Part shown: piece by piece, positions 59,195-64,000 of the stretch | Layout of the letters: the number at the start of each line of letters is the position of its first letter | How positions within the stretch are numbered: the stretch's first letter is position 1 | Assembly (NCBI GenBank): GCA_963827275.1 | Contig: CAWHAA010000010.1 | Location: forward strand, 1-64,000 | Reading direction: 5' to 3' | DNA from: an uncultured Spirochaetota bacterium | GTDB taxonomy: Bacteria; Spirochaetota; UBA4802; UBA5550 | DNA length: 64,000 nucleotides | Notes under the pieces: model-generated | Database searches by the model: none | The model's input: only the letters and a program-made list of their open reading frames with translations | Told to the model about the DNA's origin: nothing | Made by a program: the position numbers and the translations under genes

Positions 59195-60526
59195 GACAGC
59201 ACCTTCCGTGCGGCGGACACGAACCGGTCGATATCGCCGGCCGATCTTTTTTCCGTTGCCGAGACGATTAGCTGGTCCGGCCTGTCTCCGTAGAAGAGCG
59301 ACGCGGGGACGCCCGGCGGCAACGCCTTCGGCGAGCATCTTCTTGGCGAATTCGCGTGCCGGTCCGGGAAGGACGACCGTGAATTCATTGAAGGTCCTCG
59401 CCTTGATAACGTCGATCCCGCGCACCTTCCGCAGCGCCTGCCTGAGATCTTCGGCGCGCTCCATGTTCATGATTGCAGCCGTCCTGAAGCCTTTCCTGCC
59501 AAGGAGCGACAGGTATACCACCGCCCTGAGCGCGCAGAGGGCCTGGTTGGAGCATATATTAGAGGAGGCCTTTTCCCTGCGTATGTGCTGCTCGCGGGCC
59601 TGCAGCGTGAGAACGTACGACTTTGTGCCGTTGCGGTCGGACGTCTCGCCGACGATCCTGCCCGGCATCTTGCGCACGTACCTCCTGTCAACCGCCATGA
59701 GCCCGAGGTAGGGGCCGCCGAACGACAGCGGCATCCCCAATGACTGTCCCTCGCCCACGGCGATATCGGCCTTCATCTCGCCCGGGCTTTTTAAAACGCC
59801 GAGCGACAGCGGGTAGAACGAGAGGATGCTCACGATGTCCTTCTCACGCGCCTGCGAGAAGAGGTCCTCGTAATCGTCAACGGTCCCGAAAAAATTGGGG
59901 TTCTGCACCACCAGCGCCGCGACGGTATCGTCCAGCATGGATTGCAGCCGCTCCCTGTCGGACGACACTTCCTTGCAATCGATCTCGATTATTTCAATGT
60001 CAATGTTTATCGCGTAGGTCTTCACGATCCGCCTGAAGAGGGGATTGACGCCGCCGTCGATGACGACCCTCCTCCTGCCGTTCGCCCGCACCGCCATCGC
60101 GATGGCCTCGTAGAGCGCCGTGCCGCCGTCGTAGAGGGAGGCGTTCGCGTAATCAAGCCCGGTGATGCCTGAAATCATCGACTGATATTCGAATATGGAG
60201 CGGAGCGTGCCCTGGGACGCCTCGGGCTGGTAGGGGGTATAGGCGGTGACGAATTCCGAGCGCGAGGTGATAGCGTCCACCGCCGCGGGGATGAAATGGT
60301 CGTAATAACCGCCCCCGACGAATGATACGCAATCGGTCCTGTTGCGGCCGGCCAGCCCGGTGAAATAGGCGGTGGCCTCGTTCTCGGTCATGCCGGCCGG
60401 GAGTTCGAACGACTTCGGTGCCAGCGCGGAGGGAATATCGGCGAACAGCTCGTCAACCGAGGCGACGCCGATCTCGCCGAGCATCTGCCGTGTTTCGTCT
60501 CCGGTGTGCGGTGTAAAGATCGCCAT
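59191..60526 (-). CDS. gcvPA: Glycine dehydrogenase subunit 1 (GcvPA); a +1 frameshift near 59313 reads through into gcvPB
   Basis: TAYTPYQPEASQG, NASLYDG, FGGPYLG, LTLQAREQHIRREKA.SNICSNQ; the canonical tail (LIVSATEKRS..DIDRF) lies in the shifted frame ending at 59191. Confidence 0.93.
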
Positions 60527-60528
60527 GG

Positions 60529-60921
60529 CTACTCCAGGCCGCCCGCGTATTCCCTGTACTGCGCCGCGGTCATGAGGTTTTTTGTCTCCGCGGGATCGGC
60601 AAGCTCGATCTCCGCGATCCATCCGTCGCCGTAGCAGGACTGGTTGATCAGCTCGGGCGCGTCATCGAGCGCATTGTTGAAGGCCCTGATCGTGCCGGAA
60701 AGCGGCGCGTATATGTCGCTGGCCGCCTTGACCGATTCTATCCCGGTCAGGAAATCAAACTGCTTCACCGCCTTGCCGGCCGGGGTCGGATCGACATAGG
60801 TGATGTCGCCCAGCTTCTGCTGCGCGTAATCGCTGATACCCACCCTGGCGCGGTTCCCTTCGACTTTCGCCCATTCATGTTCCTTCGTATAAAAATACCC
60901 ATCCAGCACGGTGATCTTCAT
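60529..60921 (-). CDS. gcvH: Glycine cleavage system H protein
   Basis: EHEW, GISDYAQ..LGD, ESVKAASD lipoyl-Lys, N..CYG.GW. Confidence 0.96.
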   Translation of the reverse strand: MKITVLDGYFYTKEHEWAKVEGNRARVGISDYAQQKLGDITYVDPTPAGKAVKQFDFLTGIESVKAASDIYAPLSGTIRAFNNALDDAPELINQSCYGDGWIAEIELADPAETKNLMTAAQYREYAGGLE

Positions 60922-60927
60922 CTCCCT

Positions 60928-62025
60928 TTATACCTCCGAATATTTGATTGATGTCTGTTTTATAAAGGGCACCGGCTCGATCTTCGCCCTGATGACGCCC
61001 TTTCCCGTATCGATATCGATGTCTCCGCCCGCGGCGGCCACCGCCGCGTCAACGTAGCCCATGCCGATCCCCCTGTTCAGGTGCGGCGAAAAGACCCCGC
61101 TGGTCACGAAGCCGGCATCCGCGCCGCCGGCCAGGATCCTGTTTTCATGGCGGGGCGTCCTCCTGCCGTCCACGGTAAATCCGATCATGCTGCGGCGCAC
61201 GCCCCGCTTCCGCTGTTCGATGAGCGCCGCCTTCCCGAAAAAATCCTTCTCCATGTCGAGGAAGCGGTCCATACCCGCGTCAAACGGCGTTGTTGTTTCG
61301 CTCAACTCGCTTCCATATAATGGGAGCCCCATCTCCAGCCTCAGGATGTCCCGCGCGCCGAGCCCCGCCGGTTTCACCGCAGGGTGCTTGAGCAATAGCT
61401 TCCAGAGGTCAACGCCCCTGTCCCGGTCGATATACACCTCGAAGCCAAGCTCGCCGGTGTAACCGGTCCTGCTGACGATGTACGAGCCGCCGAGAAAATT
61501 GAACCGGTCGAAGCCGTAATACGCGAGCTTTTTCACGCCGTCGCCCGCGATTGATTTCATGACATCGAGGGATTTCGGCCCCTGCACGTCGATCTTCACC
61601 GTCCGCGAGGATATATTTTCAATTGATGCGCCGGGCGAGAGCCGCGACGAGATAATGCGGTAATCGCGCTCTTCGCCCGCGGCGTTGACCACCAGCATCC
61701 ATTCGCCGTCAGCGATACGGTACGCGATGAGGTCATCGAGCACCATCCCCGCGTCATCGAGCAGGAACCCGTACTTGCACCGCCCTGTCTTTATTTTGAG
61801 CATGGGGATGGTGACCGCCCGGTCGATCGACGCCTGCCCCGGCGCCTCTTTCACCACGAACTCTCCCATGTGGGAGATATCGAAGATGGAGACGGCGGAG
61901 CGTGTGTGTTTCGCCTCTTCGAGGATGCTGCCGTAATGTATGGGCATGTTCCAGCCCGCGAACGGCGCCATGAGCGCGTTGAGGGCGGCATGTTCTTCGG
62001 CTATCGGGGTATTTCTAATTTCCAT
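60928..62025 (-). CDS. gcvT: Glycine cleavage system aminomethyltransferase T
   Basis: FAGWNMP, FDISHMG, SRTGYTGE.GFE, GLGARD.LRLEMG. Confidence 0.96.
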   Translation of the reverse strand: MEIRNTPIAEEHAALNALMAPFAGWNMPIHYGSILEEAKHTRSAVSIFDISHMGEFVVKEAPGQASIDRAVTIPMLKIKTGRCKYGFLLDDAGMVLDDLIAYRIADGEWMLVVNAAGEERDYRIISSRLSPGASIENISSRTVKIDVQGPKSLDVMKSIAGDGVKKLAYYGFDRFNFLGGSYIVSRTGYTGELGFEVYIDRDRGVDLWKLLLKHPAVKPAGLGARDILRLEMGLPLYGSELSETTTPFDAGMDRFLDMEKDFFGKAALIEQRKRGVRRSMIGFTVDGRRTPRHENRILAGGADAGFVTSGVFSPHLNRGIGMGYVDAAVAAAGGDIDIDTGKGVIRAKIEPVPFIKQTSIKYSEV

Positions 62026-62057
62026 TCCACGGGTCCCGTCTTTTCTTGCGGCGAAGG

Positions 62058-62600
62058 CTACTGGTACGTCTCGGCCGCGTCGATTTCGATATCTATGTCC
62101 ATCCGGTCGGCCAGCTTCTCCAGCTCCTTTCGCAGGGAGGAGAGCTTTTCGCCGACCGGCACGTTGATGATGCACTTCATCCTGAATATCGGCGCGCCGC
62201 TCAGCGGCGCGTTGGTGACGCGCGTCTCCATCGATTCGATGTTGATGTTCCGCTTGTGCAATATCCGCGTGATTTCATGCACGATGCCCGGATGGTCCAT
62301 GCTGGTCGCGGAGAGGCGGTGCGGCATCGAAGGCACCACCATCCTTTCCCGCGGCGCGAGGGTTGGCTTGACCTGTATTGAAAGGCCGGTGCTCTTTTCC
62401 AGGGCCGGCAGGTCGCCCCGTATCCGCTCCGCCACGTCGGCATCGCCGGAGGCGAGCAGGATCACGGCGAACTCTCCCCCGAGGACCGCCATGCGGCTGT
62501 CTTCAATGTTTATCTTCGCCGCAGTCAGGAACGCGCTGATTTCATCGACCAGACCCGGTCGGTCATGGCCGATTGCGGTGAGGACTATATATGTGCTCAT
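62058..62600 (-). CDS. GcvR-like tandem ACT-domain protein
   Basis: IGHDRPGLV, NIEDSRM..LGGEF, DHPGIV; first gene of the gcv run. Confidence 0.9.
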   Translation of the reverse strand: MSTYIVLTAIGHDRPGLVDEISAFLTAAKINIEDSRMAVLGGEFAVILLASGDADVAERIRGDLPALEKSTGLSIQVKPTLAPRERMVVPSMPHRLSATSMDHPGIVHEITRILHKRNINIESMETRVTNAPLSGAPIFRMKCIINVPVGEKLSSLRKELEKLADRMDIDIEIDAAETYQ

Positions 62601-62842
62601 TGTGCCGCCTTATATACAAATGCCGGATTTTCATCGGAAAAATCGATGCATCACACAATTAACGCTATAAATTACTTTTAAAAAAAACAAGTTAAAATTC
62701 TTATGTCGTATGATTTTTTTAAAAAACGCCCCCCGGACATCATCTCCCGACAAATTACTTTACAAATTTGATGCAACGGGTAGCATCTATCGGGATGAAC
62801 AACCGCACGTCCCGGGCATATTGATTGCGCGAGGTAATGATC

Positions 62843-64000
62843 ATGATTAACACTCCCCCAAAAGGGATGCTCACCCTTTCTCAGCTCAAGGAAAAAGCTG
62901 CGGCCGGAGAGATCGAAACCGTCATCGCCGCGTTCCCGGACCTGTATGGCCGCCTTTTCGGGAAAAGGATCGCCGTGGATTTTTTCCTGGACCAGGTGGC
63001 AGGCTCCGGGATGCACGCCTGCAATTACCTCTTCACCACCGACATGTCGATGGACCCTGTCCCCGGCTACCGGTACGCGAACTGGGACTCCGGGTACGGC
63101 GATTTTCACTGCGTGCCGGACATGCCGACCCTCAGGCATGCCTCCTGGCTCGACAGGACCGCCCTGGTCCTCTGCGACGCGCATGAAGAGCACTCCGGAT
63201 CGCCCACGCCGGTGGCGCCGCGTACGCTTCTAAAAAAACAGCTCGCGTCCGCTGCGGAAGCGGGGTTCCTTCCCGTCGGCGCGTCCGAGCTCGAGTACTA
63301 CATATTCAACGAAACCTACGAAAGCGCCCGCGCAAAGCAGTACCAGGGCCTCAAACACTTCGGGGCATACATAGAGGACTATCACATACTGCAGGGCACC
63401 CGCGAGGAGCCGCTCAACGCCGCGGTGAGAAAGCATCTCGCGGAGAGCGGTATCCCGGTCGAATTCAGCAAGGGGGAATGGGGGCCGGGCCAGCACGAGC
63501 TGAACATCCGCTATGCGGATGTGCTCTCCATGGCGGACAGCACCTGCCTGTACAAGCAGTGCTTCAAGGACATCGCGGGGAGCATGGGGCTTGCCGTCAC
63601 CTTCATGGCGAAATTCGACGAACGGCTCGCCGGATCAAGCTGCCACATGCACCTGAGCCTGTGGGACCCGGCAGGAAAGAAGAACCTTTTTTCCGGCAAC
63701 GAAAAGACCGGGCCGGTGATGGGATCCATGCAGTTCCGCTGGTTCCTGGGCGGATGGATCAGGCACGCGCCGGAGCTGATGCCGTTTTACGCCCCGACGG
63801 TCAACTCGTACAAGCGCTACCAGTCCGGGTCATGGGCGCCGACCGCGCTCGCGTGGAGCTACGACAACAGGACCGCGGGCTTCAGGATCGTCGGAACGGG
63901 AGAATCGCTCCGCATAGAGACGCGCATACCCGGCGCGGACATCAACCCCTACCTCGCCTATGCGGCGGCGATCGCCTCCGGCCTCGACGGCATCCGCAAA
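62843..64000 (+). CDS. Glutamine synthetase family protein (gamma-glutamyl-amine ligase-like), truncated by the window end and therefore absent from the ORF track
   Basis: Manual translation: FPDLYGRLFGKR, GYGDF, SELEYY, KGEWGPGQHE, TFMAK, GSSCHMHLS, NSYKR, DNRT, RIETRIPGADINPY; GAGGT RBS. Confidence 0.93.
   Translation, partial: MINTPPKGMLTLSQLKEKAAAGEIETVIAAFPDLYGRLFGKRIAVDFFLDQVAGSGMHACNYLFTTDMSMDPVPGYRYANWDSGYGDFHCVPDMPTLRHASWLDRTALVLCDAHEEHSGSPTPVAPRTLLKKQLASAAEAGFLPVGASELEYYIFNETYESARAKQYQGLKHFGAYIEDYHILQGTREEPLNAAVRKHLAESGIPVEFSKGEWGPGQHELNIRYADVLSMADSTCLYKQCFKDIAGSMGLAVTFMAKFDERLAGSSCHMHLSLWDPAGKKNLFSGNEKTGPVMGSMQFRWFLGGWIRHAPELMPFYAPTVNSYKRYQSGSWAPTALAWSYDNRTAGFRIVGTGESLRIETRIPGADINPYLAYAAAIASGLDGIRK

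Noticed and set aside
45523..62175. N-terminal extensions of IorA, IorB, Lpd, GcvP and GcvT in the ORF track
   Set aside because: They overlap upstream genes; internal starts match family N-termini and stop/start overlaps
62601..62842. Glycine riboswitch upstream of the gcv operon
   Set aside because: I found no recognisable glycine aptamer core (GGAGA...CCGAAG...CTCTCAGG) on the minus strand

Overview
A 64-kb bacterial window, probably from an anaerobic Spirochaetota genome. That assignment is inferred from spirochaete-type lipoboxes, a 7TM-DISM/SpoIIE protein and a very large lipoprotein. The first ~3.6 kb is AT-rich and holds the most unusual feature: a tandem array of ~0.85-1 kb gene cassettes (MazEF, MNT-HEPN, a lipoprotein) separated by a conserved ~107-bp repeat. 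Each repeat consists of a 71-bp arm ending in a tRNA-3'-end mimic (GGTTCGA...GGGAGCA) plus a terminator hairpin. One copy is split exactly at GAGCA by a 1-kb insert, and the arm varies like protein-coding sequence on the minus strand. A long attC-like or structured element lies just upstream. The GC-rich remainder encodes esterases and phosphatases, a long-chain acyl-CoA ligase, a 1420-aa lipoprotein, a diguanylate cyclase with an apparent winged-helix insert inside its GGDEF domain, beta-oxidation genes (ADP-forming acyl-CoA synthetase, acyl-CoA dehydrogenase-etfB-etfA, thiolase, hydroxyacyl-CoA dehydrogenase), typA and a REP-flanked RAYT transposase. It ends with a long minus-strand run (gcvR-like-gcvT-gcvH-gcvPA-gcvPB, lipoate genes, lpd, gapN-like, aor, MFS, Fe-ADH, FrhB-like, iorAB, radical SAM) and a truncated glutamine-synthetase-family gene. 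Four genes carry +1 frameshifts that may be assembly errors. All calls come from reading the sequence and recognising motifs; no database searches were run.
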